A stretch of 64,000 bases of DNA from Alphaproteobacteria bacterium (GCA_009784815.1 WQXN01000001.1:1857-65856); one strand, 5' to 3'. Shown: positions 19,040 through 27,979, numbered from the stretch's first letter. Program-made: numbers and translations. The notes: generated from the sequence alone by a model not told the origin.

Positions 19040-19962
19040 AATTTTCCGGCGTCGGGATCCATTCCGGCGCGCCCGTCGCAGTCAGGATATTGCCAAGCAA
19101 AAAGCCCGGAATATTCTTCAAACGCGTGGACCAAAAAGGCGCGCCCATGATACCGGCCGTTTGGGATCGTGTATCCGGCGCTTATAAGATGAATACGACT
19201 ATCAGAGGGGCCGCTGCTTGCGGTTTCTGCGAAGAGAACTATATCGAGACTATCGAGCATCTGATGGCGGCTTTGTTTATAACTGGGGTAACTTCCGCGG
19301 TTATAGAAATCAACGGGCCTGAAACTCCGATTATGGACGGGTCTGCGGCGGAATTTATAAAGCTTGTTAAAAAGCTAATCGTGCCCGGCGGTAGAATGAG
19401 GCGCATAATAGTCAAACGCCCGGTTGTGGCTTATCGATGCGACCTTGTGAAAAGGATGCCGTTTTGGAGGCGCTTGACGCTGCGGCTGCATAACTGGCGG
19501 CTGGGCCGCACCGAGGATGGCTTTGTGCGCCTGTCTCCCGGCAAAAAGGGCATGGACATACGCATGGTTATGGATTATCCGGACAAAATTATCGGCCGGC
19601 AGGAATTCGATTATCTTTTCGACGGCGGCAAAAAATCTACGGAATTCTTTGTTAAAAATATTTCGCGATCCCGTACTTTCGGACGGATTTCGGAATGGGA
19701 ATACCTTAAAAAACGAGGCATGGGCCGAGGAGCGAACGAAAAAAATGTCATAGTAATCGATAAAACCGGGGAGGGGACGCTGAATAGGCTTTATTTTCCG
19801 GACGAATTCGTGCGGCACAAAATAGTGGACTTAATTGGAGATTTTTACCTGTCTGGCGGCATGATCGTTGGTAAAATTGAAAGCGTCAAAGGCTCGCACG
19901 GCCTTAATAACGAGGTTTTACGGTTGCTGTTTGCAGACCCCAAAAATTACGAGATTAAATAG
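19015..19962 (+). CDS. lpxC: UDP-3-O-acyl-N-acetylglucosamine deacetylase
   Basis: 315-aa ORF with N-terminus KKTVKFSGVGIHSGAPV, EHLMAAL, and C-terminal HKIVDLIGDF...GSHGLN motifs. Confidence 0.88.
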   Translation: MASLKKTVKFSGVGIHSGAPVAVRILPSKKPGIFFKRVDQKGAPMIPAVWDRVSGAYKMNTTIRGAAACGFCEENYIETIEHLMAALFITGVTSAVIEINGPETPIMDGSAAEFIKLVKKLIVPGGRMRRIIVKRPVVAYRCDLVKRMPFWRRLTLRLHNWRLGRTEDGFVRLSPGKKGMDIRMVMDYPDKIIGRQEFDYLFDGGKKSTEFFVKNISRSRTFGRISEWEYLKKRGMGRGANEKNVIVIDKTGEGTLNRLYFPDEFVRHKIVDLIGDFYLSGGMIVGKIESVKGSHGLNNEVLRLLFADPKNYEIK

Positions 19963-19963
19963 G

Positions 19964-19994
19964 TTGACAAAACGCTGCTGGGGGGGGGTATAAT
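19964..19994 (+). promoter_or_regulatory. sigma70-type promoter with a G9 tract in the spacer
   Basis: TTGACA (19964-19969), a 19-nt spacer ending in GGGGGGGGG (19980-19988), then TATAAT (19989-19994). GGGAGA RBS and the ATG at 20029 lie downstream. Confidence 0.55.
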
Positions 19995-20028
19995 AACGTC
20001 GTAAAGATTTAAAATTTGGGAGAAAATT

Positions 20029-20535
20029 ATGAAATCTGCTATGACGACTGCGGTGGCCCTTGATATGGTGCGAAGCATGGTTAAAAACCCAACCGGCCCC
20101 AGGCGCGTTTTTACCGAAGAGACAAAAGCGAGGATTATTATCGCTCTTACCGTGCTTTGCAGCGATGAAACGCAGAAAAAATTTTTTGAAATATCCGGCG
20201 ACATAATCAAAAATCTGCCAGCGGTCAACGGAATTAAACTTGATATTAAAAATAAATTTGAAGCCTTGAAAAATAACAATTATCCGAGAATCAGGCAGTT
20301 GTCGACAGAATATGATATTCTGATGATGGATCCGAATGCTTGCTTTATGGAAGTTAACGGCGTTATGCTTGGAATGGAGGGAATGTTTAATCGTTCCGGA
20401 TGGATCATAGACGCCCTTCGCGATTTGGAAGGACTTTCAGATGATGATATAGCTTTGGCTAAAAGCCAAAAACTTTTCAGCGCGATGACGCTGACCGCGT
20501 TTAGGGAATTTAAGGGAATCCATAACGAAAGTTAA
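20029..20535 (+). CDS. hypothetical protein (168 aa, no recognisable motif)
   Basis: Clean ORF with RBS. No signal peptide or TM segment, and no motif I can place. It lies between lpxC and tRNA-fMet. Confidence 0.5.
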   Translation: MKSAMTTAVALDMVRSMVKNPTGPRRVFTEETKARIIIALTVLCSDETQKKFFEISGDIIKNLPAVNGIKLDIKNKFEALKNNNYPRIRQLSTEYDILMMDPNACFMEVNGVMLGMEGMFNRSGWIIDALRDLEGLSDDDIALAKSQKLFSAMTLTAFREFKGIHNES

Positions 20536-20542
20536 GTTTTTC

Positions 20543-20571
20543 TTGACTTTTCAGGGTTTCGCACCAATAAT
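20543..20571 (+). promoter_or_regulatory. promoter of tRNA-fMet
   Basis: TTGACT, a 17-nt spacer, then AATAAT, ending about 11 nt before the mature tRNA 5' end. Confidence 0.5.
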
Positions 20572-20582
20572 CAAAAACGTAA

Positions 20583-20659
<77 letters not shown>

Positions 20660-20682
20660 AGATAAATAGTCCGGCACAAATC

Positions 20683-20697
20683 GGATTTGAACCTATG
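20683..20697 (-). repeat. inverted 15-nt copy of the tRNA-fMet T-arm
   Basis: GGATTTGAACCTATG is the exact reverse complement of tRNA positions 20631-20645. Confidence 0.85.
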
Positions 20698-20703
20698 AAT
20701 GAA

Positions 20704-20831
20704 ATAGGTTCGGCCGCAGGTGAAAGGCGGGCGAAAGCACGCCGGTGAGCGCGGGGCGCGAATGAGCCAAGGTCGGCAAGGAAGACGTTAAGTCTGACGA
20801 ACCGAAATCCTATTCCCGCAACCAAGATAAA
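20704..20831 (+). repeat. second, interrupted copy of the tRNA-fMet 3' third
   Basis: ATAGGTTC (20704-20711), a 93-nt GC-rich insert (20712-20804), then AAATCCTATTCCCGCAACCAAGATAAA (20805-20831). The last 27 nt are identical to 20640-20666, including 7 nt beyond CCA. Confidence 0.85.
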
Positions 20832-20834
20832 CGA

Positions 20835-20857
20835 AACCGCCTGTCATGGGCGGTTTT
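20835..20857 (+). terminator. rho-independent terminator after the tRNA-fMet / tRNA-fragment unit
   Basis: AACCGCC-tgtcatg-GGCGGTT followed by TT. Confidence 0.6.
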
Positions 20858-20909
20858 GCGTACCGGCGCTGGCTTTCGGGCCCTCTAATATGCGATTTAA
20901 GACTAAAAT

Positions 20910-21686
20910 ATGCAAGAATACAAAGTCAATGTTTTTACAGGCCCTAATGGCGTTGGAAATCCGTGTGTTGTCTGCGCCGTCGATAAATATCCAGAAGATA
21001 ATGAAATGCTTTCGATCGCAGCAGAAAACAATGTTTCTGAAACCGCGTTTTTGTTGAAGAGTGGAAGCGATTATCATATTCGTTGGTTTTCGCCAAAAGA
21101 GGAAGTTCCAATTTGCGGACACGGCGCGATCGCCGCGGCTTGGGTCATATTTTCTAAGCTGGGGGAAGTAAGAGCCGCTGTTGCGCTTAAAACGCGTCAA
21201 TCCGGCGAATTGAAAATATCTTATGAAAATGATTTATTTTTTATAGAACTTAAACCCAGGCCTGTTCTTGAAGAGATTTTCAATAAGGATCTGGTGGGGG
21301 CTATTGGGACGCCGCCTTCCAAAATACTAAGAAGCGAAAGGGATATTCTTTTGGTTTATGATTCAGCGTCGGATATTAAAAACCTGCGTCCAGACTTCGA
21401 AAAACTTATGAAAATCGGTTATGGAGGATATGTGCCTACCGCCAAAGGCGGCGATAATATTGACTTTGTTTATCGTTATTTCAGCCCAAGGTTGCCCATT
21501 TCTTCACCGGAAGATCCCGCAAATGGTTCTTCGCAGGCGACTTTGGCGCCTTATTGGGCGGGTATCCTTGGCAAGGGTCCTGATGAAATTCTTCATTCCG
21601 CGCAATTATCCGTTAATGGGGGCGATGTTTACGCGCGTAATATGGACGCGCAGGTTCTTGTTGGCGGCCGCGTTATTGGGTATTGA
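20910..21686 (+). CDS. PhzF-family isomerase
   Basis: 258-aa ORF with N-terminal VNVFTGPNGVGNPCVV, SETAFL and ICGHGAIAAA motifs typical of PhzF/YddE. Confidence 0.8.
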   Translation: MQEYKVNVFTGPNGVGNPCVVCAVDKYPEDNEMLSIAAENNVSETAFLLKSGSDYHIRWFSPKEEVPICGHGAIAAAWVIFSKLGEVRAAVALKTRQSGELKISYENDLFFIELKPRPVLEEIFNKDLVGAIGTPPSKILRSERDILLVYDSASDIKNLRPDFEKLMKIGYGGYVPTAKGGDNIDFVYRYFSPRLPISSPEDPANGSSQATLAPYWAGILGKGPDEILHSAQLSVNGGDVYARNMDAQVLVGGRVIGY

Positions 21687-21745
21687 AGTTTTCCTTGAAA
21701 AGCCTTATTTGGGTTGCTAGGCTTACGGATCAGGTTAAATATAAA

Positions 21746-22426
21746 ATGTCAAAACTCTATCTATCCGATACTTATCTTTTCGAATGTGATGCGAAAATCA
21801 CAGCGACTGGTACCGATGAAAAGGGCCCGTACGTCCTGCTTGATCGCACTGTTTTTTATCCTCAAGGAGGGGGGCAGCCCTGCGATCTGGGTACTTTGGG
21901 CGCATCTGATGTAATGATGGTAAAGCAGGTCGGGGAAGAGGTTAGGCATTACTGCAATGGCGCCGCGCCCGGCGCACAAGTGCGTCTTGTTATAAACGGC
22001 GCCAGGCGTTTGGCGAACGCAAGGCATCACACCGCAAGTCATCTTATGGCCGGCATAGTGAACGGGCTTTATGCGTCGCTGGTTGCGGTCAAAGGGCACG
22101 CCTTTCCCGGCGAGGCTTATGTCGAATTTCAAGGCGAGTGCGAGGTAAACCTAGAGCTGTTGGAGCAGGCCATGAACGCCGCGGTTGATGCGGCTTTGCC
22201 CGCGGTTATTTTTGACAGCACGCCCGAAAAGTTTGAGAGGGAGTTCTACAAGCTGCCTTACGAAATACCCGGAGGTAAAGAGTTTCGCGTGCTGAGGATA
22301 GGAGATTACCCTCCGGTGCCTTGCGGCGGAACGCATCTTAAAAATACAAGCGAAATCGGACGGGTCAAAATCAAAAAAATCTCTGCCAAAAACGGCGGCG
22401 TAAAAGTTTCGTTCGAGATAAGTTAG
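21746..22426 (+). CDS. AlaX-type alanyl-tRNA editing protein
   Basis: 226 aa from the internal ATG (the track ORF begins at 21683). It carries HTASHL and CGGTHL zinc-binding motifs of the threonyl/alanyl-tRNA synthetase second additional domain. Confidence 0.8.
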   Translation: MSKLYLSDTYLFECDAKITATGTDEKGPYVLLDRTVFYPQGGGQPCDLGTLGASDVMMVKQVGEEVRHYCNGAAPGAQVRLVINGARRLANARHHTASHLMAGIVNGLYASLVAVKGHAFPGEAYVEFQGECEVNLELLEQAMNAAVDAALPAVIFDSTPEKFEREFYKLPYEIPGGKEFRVLRIGDYPPVPCGGTHLKNTSEIGRVKIKKISAKNGGVKVSFEIS

Positions 22427-22439
22427 GGGATTGATAAAA

Positions 22440-24116
22440 ATGGATATTAGAAATATATTGGCGGGATCGGCTAGGAAAGTTTTGGCAGGAAAATATCCAG
22501 AAGAAATTTTAGACCGCCTTGCTTTCGAAGCCGCGAAGATACCCGAATTTGGCGATTACGCCACCAACTTGGCCATGATTTACGCAAAGGATTTGGGAAA
22601 GCCTCCAATGGATTTTGCCGCTGATTTAGCTATTGAACTGACGTTAATGCCTGAAGTCGCCTCGGCTTCGATCGCCAAGCCGGGATTTGTAAATCTGGTT
22701 CTGACCGATAAATTTTTATTGGATTCCGCAAGGAATTCGGATGAAATCACGCGGGTGGAAAATCCGCTTGTGATAGATATGGATTACACCGGCTACAATA
22801 TGGGCAAGGCTTTGCATATAGGGCATCTTCGCTGTTCCAACGTCGGGGATGTTTTGAACCGCGTGTTCAAGGCGGTGGGGCACAAAACCATATCATATAA
22901 CTTTATCGGCGATTGGGGCAGGCCTATGGGGCTTGTCATAGCTTGGATCGTCGAAAAATACGGCAAAATCCCACAAGGTATTTCCATGGCCGAGCTGAAC
23001 CGCATATATGTGGATTCAAGCATACGCGCCAAGGAAGACCCCGGTTGGCTGGATCATGCGCGCAATGTGACCGCTGAATTTCAGAAAGGCGCGAACCAGC
23101 TTTACAACGAAATATATGACTGGTTTATGGGTGTATCCATGCGCGAAATGGACAAGACTATGGAAGATATGAACATACTTCCTATAGACCTTGTGCGCGG
23201 CGAAAAATACAATTCGGCCTTTGTGCCCGAAGTTAAAAAAATTCTGGAAGACAAAGGCATGCTTGAGATGTCTGACGGAGCGCTTGTGATTCGGACGGAC
23301 GCACAAGTTCCCATGATATTCGAAACTTCTATCGGAAAGGATACTTACGATACCACCGACCTTACCGCCATTTATACGCGCGGGCGCGATGATGCTCCGG
23401 ACAAGATGATTTACGTTGTGGATTTTAGGCAAAAGTTTGCCTTTCATCAGAAATTCTATATTGCGAAAAAAGCGGACCTGACCGATGCCGAGCTTATACA
23501 TATAAGTTATGGCACTATAACGGGCGAGGATAACAAGCCGTTCAAAACCCGAGCCGGAGAATCCCCGGATTTGGCGGGTATAATAAGCATGGCGGTAGAT
23601 GCTGTCCGAAAAAGGGTGGGTGAAGCCGGAAAATCTTTGGATGAAGAAGATATAAAGGCCATAGGTATTTCGGCTTTGAGATATAACGATTTAAGCCATA
23701 TAACTATGAATAATTACGTCTTCGATCCAGAAAAACTATCGATGTTCGAAGGCAGGACGGGGGCCTATATCCTTTATACCGCAAGGCGCCTGGCTTCCAT
23801 TATGGAAAAGGCGGGCGATGCTGGCGAATTTGGCGACAACATAGACGCTTTGGGCGAGAGGGCCTTGATTCTTCAAATGACCGAATTCGACCGGGCTGTT
23901 CAAAGGGTGGCAGAAACCTACGGTACTGAAATTTTGGCGAACTTCGCTTATGACCTTGCACAGCTGGTTAATAACTATTACCACAACTATCCCGTTCTGG
24001 CTTCAGGCGTTTCAAAGCCTGATCGAGATCACAGGCTTGCCGTGATTAATATGGCGCATAAAACCCTGGTCAAGGCGATAAATTTGATGGGTATGAAACT
24101 GCCCAAGGAAATGTAA
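22440..24116 (+). CDS. argS: arginine--tRNA ligase
   Basis: 558 aa from the ATG with an AGGGGA RBS. Class I HIGH variant (ALHIGHLR) and a DALR anticodon-binding C-terminus ending in M. Confidence 0.9.
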   Translation: MDIRNILAGSARKVLAGKYPEEILDRLAFEAAKIPEFGDYATNLAMIYAKDLGKPPMDFAADLAIELTLMPEVASASIAKPGFVNLVLTDKFLLDSARNSDEITRVENPLVIDMDYTGYNMGKALHIGHLRCSNVGDVLNRVFKAVGHKTISYNFIGDWGRPMGLVIAWIVEKYGKIPQGISMAELNRIYVDSSIRAKEDPGWLDHARNVTAEFQKGANQLYNEIYDWFMGVSMREMDKTMEDMNILPIDLVRGEKYNSAFVPEVKKILEDKGMLEMSDGALVIRTDAQVPMIFETSIGKDTYDTTDLTAIYTRGRDDAPDKMIYVVDFRQKFAFHQKFYIAKKADLTDAELIHISYGTITGEDNKPFKTRAGESPDLAGIISMAVDAVRKRVGEAGKSLDEEDIKAIGISALRYNDLSHITMNNYVFDPEKLSMFEGRTGAYILYTARRLASIMEKAGDAGEFGDNIDALGERALILQMTEFDRAVQRVAETYGTEILANFAYDLAQLVNNYYHNYPVLASGVSKPDRDHRLAVINMAHKTLVKAINLMGMKLPKEM

Positions 24117-24150
24117 AAAGACCGTTGGGCTTTGCCCGATGCGGAACTTG

Positions 24151-25866
24151 TTACCTTTTTGCTGTTACCATTAATTCTTGTACGGCTTCTTTTAGATCGG
24201 GGGCGTGGGCGAGATAACTGCCGCTGACCAAGGCGTCCGCGCCGGCCTTCCAGCAGTCGGCGGCGGTGTCCGGGTTTATACCGCCGTCCATTATGATTTC
24301 GAATTTCAGTTTGTGTTTTTTACGTAATCCCGCAAGGGTTTTGACTTTGCTTAAAACTTGCGGCATAAATTTCTGACCGCTTTTACCCGGCGTTACCGAC
24401 ATTACTACCACTTTGTCCAAATGCCTTATTATGGGCAGGATGACTTCGACTTCGTCTTCGGGGTTTATCGCCAGGCCGCATTTTCTTCCCGCCTGCCTGA
24501 TCGCGGACAAATTCCGCGCAAGATGCGCCGATCCGGTGGACAATATTATCGAGCTTGCCCCGGCTCCGATAAATTGTCCAAGTTTAGCGCCCGGGTCCGT
24601 CGCCATCATATGGACCGATACGTCCAGATTCGAATTGTTTTTTATATAGTTCACTTCCCCCGCCCCGCCCCATGACCGTTCGACATATTTGCCGTCCATA
24701 TAGTCGTAATGCAGGGTCGTGATGCCGGCCGCTTCGAAATTATGAAAAGTTGCGGGGTCCAACGAAAATACCATCGCGCTTGGATAGACGGGGCATTTCT
24801 TGTGGGTTAAAAACAATATAAGTTTTTGGATCACGCCCCTTACGCCCCGCCGCTTTGTTTTTTCGTTTCTTGCCGGCATAATTCTGATAATGCTTTGCAT
24901 TGCGGCCCCCTCGTTGGCTATGCGGACTTCGCGTTCGAATATTTCGCTGAAAATGTCAGATGCGCCTTTTATGTTTGCCCCGCCTCCGAATAGTATCACT
25001 TTTTCAGGAACTTCGCTTGGAAGGCCCTGGATTATCCTTCGTCCCAAACTGTCCAAAAAATCACTTATAATGTTTTTTATATCCGCTACCGGTATTCCCC
25101 GGATCATGTTGAACTGATCGTCCGAACCGGCAATTGCGCTTGAAATGCCGGTCTTTAGCTGTTCGGCTGTCGTAAAATTAAGACCGAATCTATCCGCTAT
25201 CATGCGTGTCAGGTCTTCTTGGCCGGTGGATATTTCAGACATATATATTATACCGTTTTTAGTGGATAGCGAAACCCTTGTGGCGGACGCTCCTAGGTTT
25301 ATCAAAAGCGATTCCCCGGCCACCTTGTTCATCGCAAACATTATGTCTATCAGCCCCTTGGGTTCTACATAGCAGCCCAGCGCCCGCGAATGTAATTCCT
25401 GGATGCGATCTTTCGGGGAAAATATCGCGAAGAACTTGGCGCCCATCCTGGAGGCCGAAACCCCGACCGGGGATTTTAGGTTTTGATCCGTATCCGTGTC
25501 GTACGAAACCGGAAATAGATGCACGGCCTGCATCAATGGATTGGCAAGCTCGGGAAGTTTTAATATCATGTCCCTAACGTCGCTTGCGGTTACTTTCACG
25601 GCACGCTTAAAGCTGATCTCGGAAGACAATATTTTAGAGTTGTTTCCGCCGAAAAATCCGGCTATGTAAGCTTCGAAAAACCTGACCCCAAGTTTCCCTT
25701 CAAGTTCGTCCAAAGCCGCGGCCAGAGTTTTGCATGGATCGATGCCCGTGTCCAGGCTCACTGTCGCGTTCGAAATAACTCCTCCGTCATCGAGGCCGAA
25801 CGCCGTGACCTTGGTTCTTGTGCGTCCCGGATAAATTATCAGAGAATAGCCCGGTCGATTGATCAT
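24151..25866 (-). CDS. ftsA/rpe: FtsA-like actin-fold protein fused in frame to ribulose-phosphate 3-epimerase
   Basis: Single 571-aa ORF. Residues 1-357 are FtsA-like (INLGASATRVS, ILFGGGANIKGASD, basic amphipathic end RRGVRGVIQKLILFLTHKK). Residues 358-571 are Rpe-like (HYDYMDG, VHMM, MSVTPGKSGQ, IMDGGI). No stop separates them, and an internal GTG lies at 24834. Confidence 0.7.
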   Translation of the reverse strand: MINRPGYSLIIYPGRTRTKVTAFGLDDGGVISNATVSLDTGIDPCKTLAAALDELEGKLGVRFFEAYIAGFFGGNNSKILSSEISFKRAVKVTASDVRDMILKLPELANPLMQAVHLFPVSYDTDTDQNLKSPVGVSASRMGAKFFAIFSPKDRIQELHSRALGCYVEPKGLIDIMFAMNKVAGESLLINLGASATRVSLSTKNGIIYMSEISTGQEDLTRMIADRFGLNFTTAEQLKTGISSAIAGSDDQFNMIRGIPVADIKNIISDFLDSLGRRIIQGLPSEVPEKVILFGGGANIKGASDIFSEIFEREVRIANEGAAMQSIIRIMPARNEKTKRRGVRGVIQKLILFLTHKKCPVYPSAMVFSLDPATFHNFEAAGITTLHYDYMDGKYVERSWGGAGEVNYIKNNSNLDVSVHMMATDPGAKLGQFIGAGASSIILSTGSAHLARNLSAIRQAGRKCGLAINPEDEVEVILPIIRHLDKVVVMSVTPGKSGQKFMPQVLSKVKTLAGLRKKHKLKFEIIMDGGINPDTAADCWKAGADALVSGSYLAHAPDLKEAVQELMVTAKR

Positions 25867-26546
25867 GGCGTGACCAGGGCCCGATTACCGTCGCGGAGGT
25901 CTATCAAACGGGCTTTGCGGTTCATTACCTTCAGGTCATCAAGACGGGAAAGCGCGGCGGACAGATCGCCTTCGGGAAGCATAATTTTTGTACCCGCCTG
26001 CGTGTATAGGTTCCACCTTCGGCCTTCGATGAATTCTATGCGGTCGGTTCGGGATGCTATATCGGGAAACCGATTGAATGCGCGTATTACGGTTATCGTA
26101 TCCTTTGGCCTTAATCCGGAAAACACAAGCCCTTGGGCGGGACGTCTTTCTAAGCGCCTGTTTATAACTTCGCCCCCCTTCGTCATGGGAAAATAATTTT
26201 GGCCGTCGAACCATATTGCCACCGGTTCGGCTTCGGCTATCGTTACGTATAGTCTGCCGCTTGGTCGTCGTTTGATCACTGCGCTTCGAATTTCGGGTAT
26301 TTCCATAACGCGCTTTTGCATATCCTTCAGGTTGTAATCGTATATGGACGAGGGAGTTTTTGAAATAGACAGGACTGAAATTATGGCGTCGCGGTTCGCG
26401 AAACGGGGGCTTGGAATTATCACCACCGTTTCTAAATTGGTGCTGTTGTCCAGCCCGGAAAACGCGATCAAGCTTCGCGCCGTGGCGTACAACGCGGTGG
26501 TCAGCGTAAGCGCCGCAATCACCCAAAATGTGATTTTTTTATTCAT
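25863..26546 (-). CDS. ftsQ: cell division protein FtsQ
   Basis: 227-aa ORF with an N-terminal TM segment followed by POTRA and FtsQ-type beta domains. ATGA overlap with the downstream ftsA-like gene. Confidence 0.8.
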   Translation of the reverse strand: MNKKITFWVIAALTLTTALYATARSLIAFSGLDNSTNLETVVIIPSPRFANRDAIISVLSISKTPSSIYDYNLKDMQKRVMEIPEIRSAVIKRRPSGRLYVTIAEAEPVAIWFDGQNYFPMTKGGEVINRRLERRPAQGLVFSGLRPKDTITVIRAFNRFPDIASRTDRIEFIEGRRWNLYTQAGTKIMLPEGDLSAALSRLDDLKVMNRKARLIDLRDGNRALVTP

Positions 26547-26592
26547 AAAACATTATATCATAAAATGATAATTATTTAAAATAATAAGGGGG

Positions 26593-27522
26593 CTATAGTT
26601 TGGAATAAATTTCTATGTAGGCTTCGGCGGACTGCATTATGGACAGGTTTTCTTTCGCAAATTTCGCGTTGCGCTGGGTTATTTTTTCAATCTGTTTTTC
26701 TGTAAGCGCCAGGACTTCGTCCAAAGCCGCGGCCAGGCGTGCGGGATCGTTAGGCACAACAAGATAATTCACGGCCAGTTCCTTTGCGAATTCGGTGTCA
26801 GCCGCTATGGTGGGGGTGCCGACCGCTATGCTGGCCGCAACATGGTCGTGCTTGGATAGCGACACGGTCGCGAAGGCCGCCTTCATAAGTGAAGGTATGT
26901 CCGTTTCGTCGCCTATGAATATTATGCGGCCGCCTTCCCCTCCGCCTCCGGCTAGGCGTATCATTTTATTGGCTTCGAACTTGGACGTTCCCCCAAGCAT
27001 GGCTATTATGAAATCATTCCGCGTGACATTCCTTAGCGCCGCTATTATGGATGGCAGGCTGCCAAGCGCGGGGCTTGAGCAGACGATCATTTTCTTGTCA
27101 TGCGGGATATTGTATTTCGATAGTATGTCGGTCTGGCGGCGGGCGGGTATTGCTTCGGGATTGAATATTTCAAGGTTCAATCCTTGGGTTATTATGGTGG
27201 GTATCTTCCAAAGCTTTCCTATATATTTCGAAGTAGCGACCAGTTTAGCGTCCTTAAGCGCCGCGCGCTGGATTCTTTTCATTATGAAGTTCTTTGCGGG
27301 CGGTTCGGATATGGTGATTACGCGCGGGCATTCCACTCCGCGGGTTTTGCGCGCCGGGACTAGACCGAAGCAGTGGATTATGGAATGGATCGTCGCCGGA
27401 AACTCGTCCCCGAGTTTTACCGAGCTTGCATTTACTTTCTTAAGATTAAGCGCCCTCAGCAACGGAGCCACGTTCCGCGCCAAGGGATTTTCCGACAGTA
27501 AAAACACTCGCTTTAAATTCAT
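26593..27522 (-). CDS. GT-B fold glycosyltransferase-like protein (family 1/4-like, degenerate)
   Basis: 309-aa ORF. The C-terminal half follows the GT4 layout (IIFIGDETD...L...A...V.LS....VAASIAVGTPTIAAD...ELA....VVP.DP..LA.AL). It occupies the position where ddl usually sits but has no ATP-grasp motifs. Confidence 0.5.
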   Translation of the reverse strand: MNLKRVFLLSENPLARNVAPLLRALNLKKVNASSVKLGDEFPATIHSIIHCFGLVPARKTRGVECPRVITISEPPAKNFIMKRIQRAALKDAKLVATSKYIGKLWKIPTIITQGLNLEIFNPEAIPARRQTDILSKYNIPHDKKMIVCSSPALGSLPSIIAALRNVTRNDFIIAMLGGTSKFEANKMIRLAGGGGEGGRIIFIGDETDIPSLMKAAFATVSLSKHDHVAASIAVGTPTIAADTEFAKELAVNYLVVPNDPARLAAALDEVLALTEKQIEKITQRNAKFAKENLSIMQSAEAYIEIYSKL

Positions 27523-27523
27523 A

Positions 27524-27907
27524 TTAAGAAGCCCTAAGCAGATAGCCCTTGTTAAGCATGCAGCGGCGGTAGGCGCCGACCGTGTTCGAGCTCATGTTAC
27601 TGGGGGCCGAGAGCATCACGCGTTGCCCGACTCCTTGAAACTCGTTTGATTGGAAGGTCACCCACAGGCCGTCCCATTCGGGAAGGGTTTGGATTTGGCC
27701 GGGCATCAAAAGCTGGGAAAGCCGGGATCTGGGCTGACTTATCTCGCGGCGTATTCCAAGGCACGACTTGTGGTCGCGCACGAATTGGGATTGGGTCACC
27801 GTTTCGTTCTCCCAGTGAAGGACCGTCGCGTCGTCCAGGCTTCCGCGGTTCCGTCCCCCGCACCCCGCGACAAGCAAAATTGATAAAAGAATTAATAATT
27901 TATTCAT
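27524..27907 (-). CDS. hypothetical lipoprotein (127 aa)
   Basis: Start moved to the internal ATG giving MNKLLILLSILLVAGC (lipobox VAGC). It sits 1 nt upstream of the glycosyltransferase-like gene. Confidence 0.55.
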   Translation of the reverse strand: MNKLLILLSILLVAGCGGRNRGSLDDATVLHWENETVTQSQFVRDHKSCLGIRREISQPRSRLSQLLMPGQIQTLPEWDGLWVTFQSNEFQGVGQRVMLSAPSNMSSNTVGAYRRCMLNKGYLLRAS

Positions 27908-27932
27908 TACTGGAATTATAGCTAAAAAAGCA

Positions 27933-27961
27933 TTGATTATCAAGGTGGAATTCCTTAGAAT
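27933..27961 (+). promoter_or_regulatory. promoter of the 27980-31559 operon
   Basis: TTGATT, a 17-nt spacer, then TAGAAT. An AGGAAGAGG RBS precedes the ATG at 27980. Confidence 0.45.
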
Positions 27962-27979
27962 GACGGATAGGAAGAGGAA

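Noticed and set aside
20750-20823. Possible second tRNA gene. CGCGGGG at 20750-20756 can pair with TCCCGCA at 20814-20820 as an acceptor stem.
   Set aside because: The 57 nt in between cannot form D, anticodon or T arms. The only hairpin is AGAC-gttaa-GTCT, with a 5-nt loop, and there is no 5' T-stem ATAGG. This is not a cloverleaf.
20660-20831. SRP (4.5S) RNA or two-piece alphaproteobacterial tmRNA hidden next to the tRNA.
   Set aside because: Neither strand has an SRP helix-8 pattern (symmetric loop plus GGAA/GNRA context). There is no tag reading frame of the ANDN... type and no G3:U70 alanine identity. The acceptor-like end is a copy of tRNA-fMet.
26593-27522. Calling this gene ddl because of its position upstream of ftsQ.
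   Set aside because: It has no ATP-grasp or Ddl motifs. Its C-terminal half follows a GT-B glycosyltransferase layout instead.
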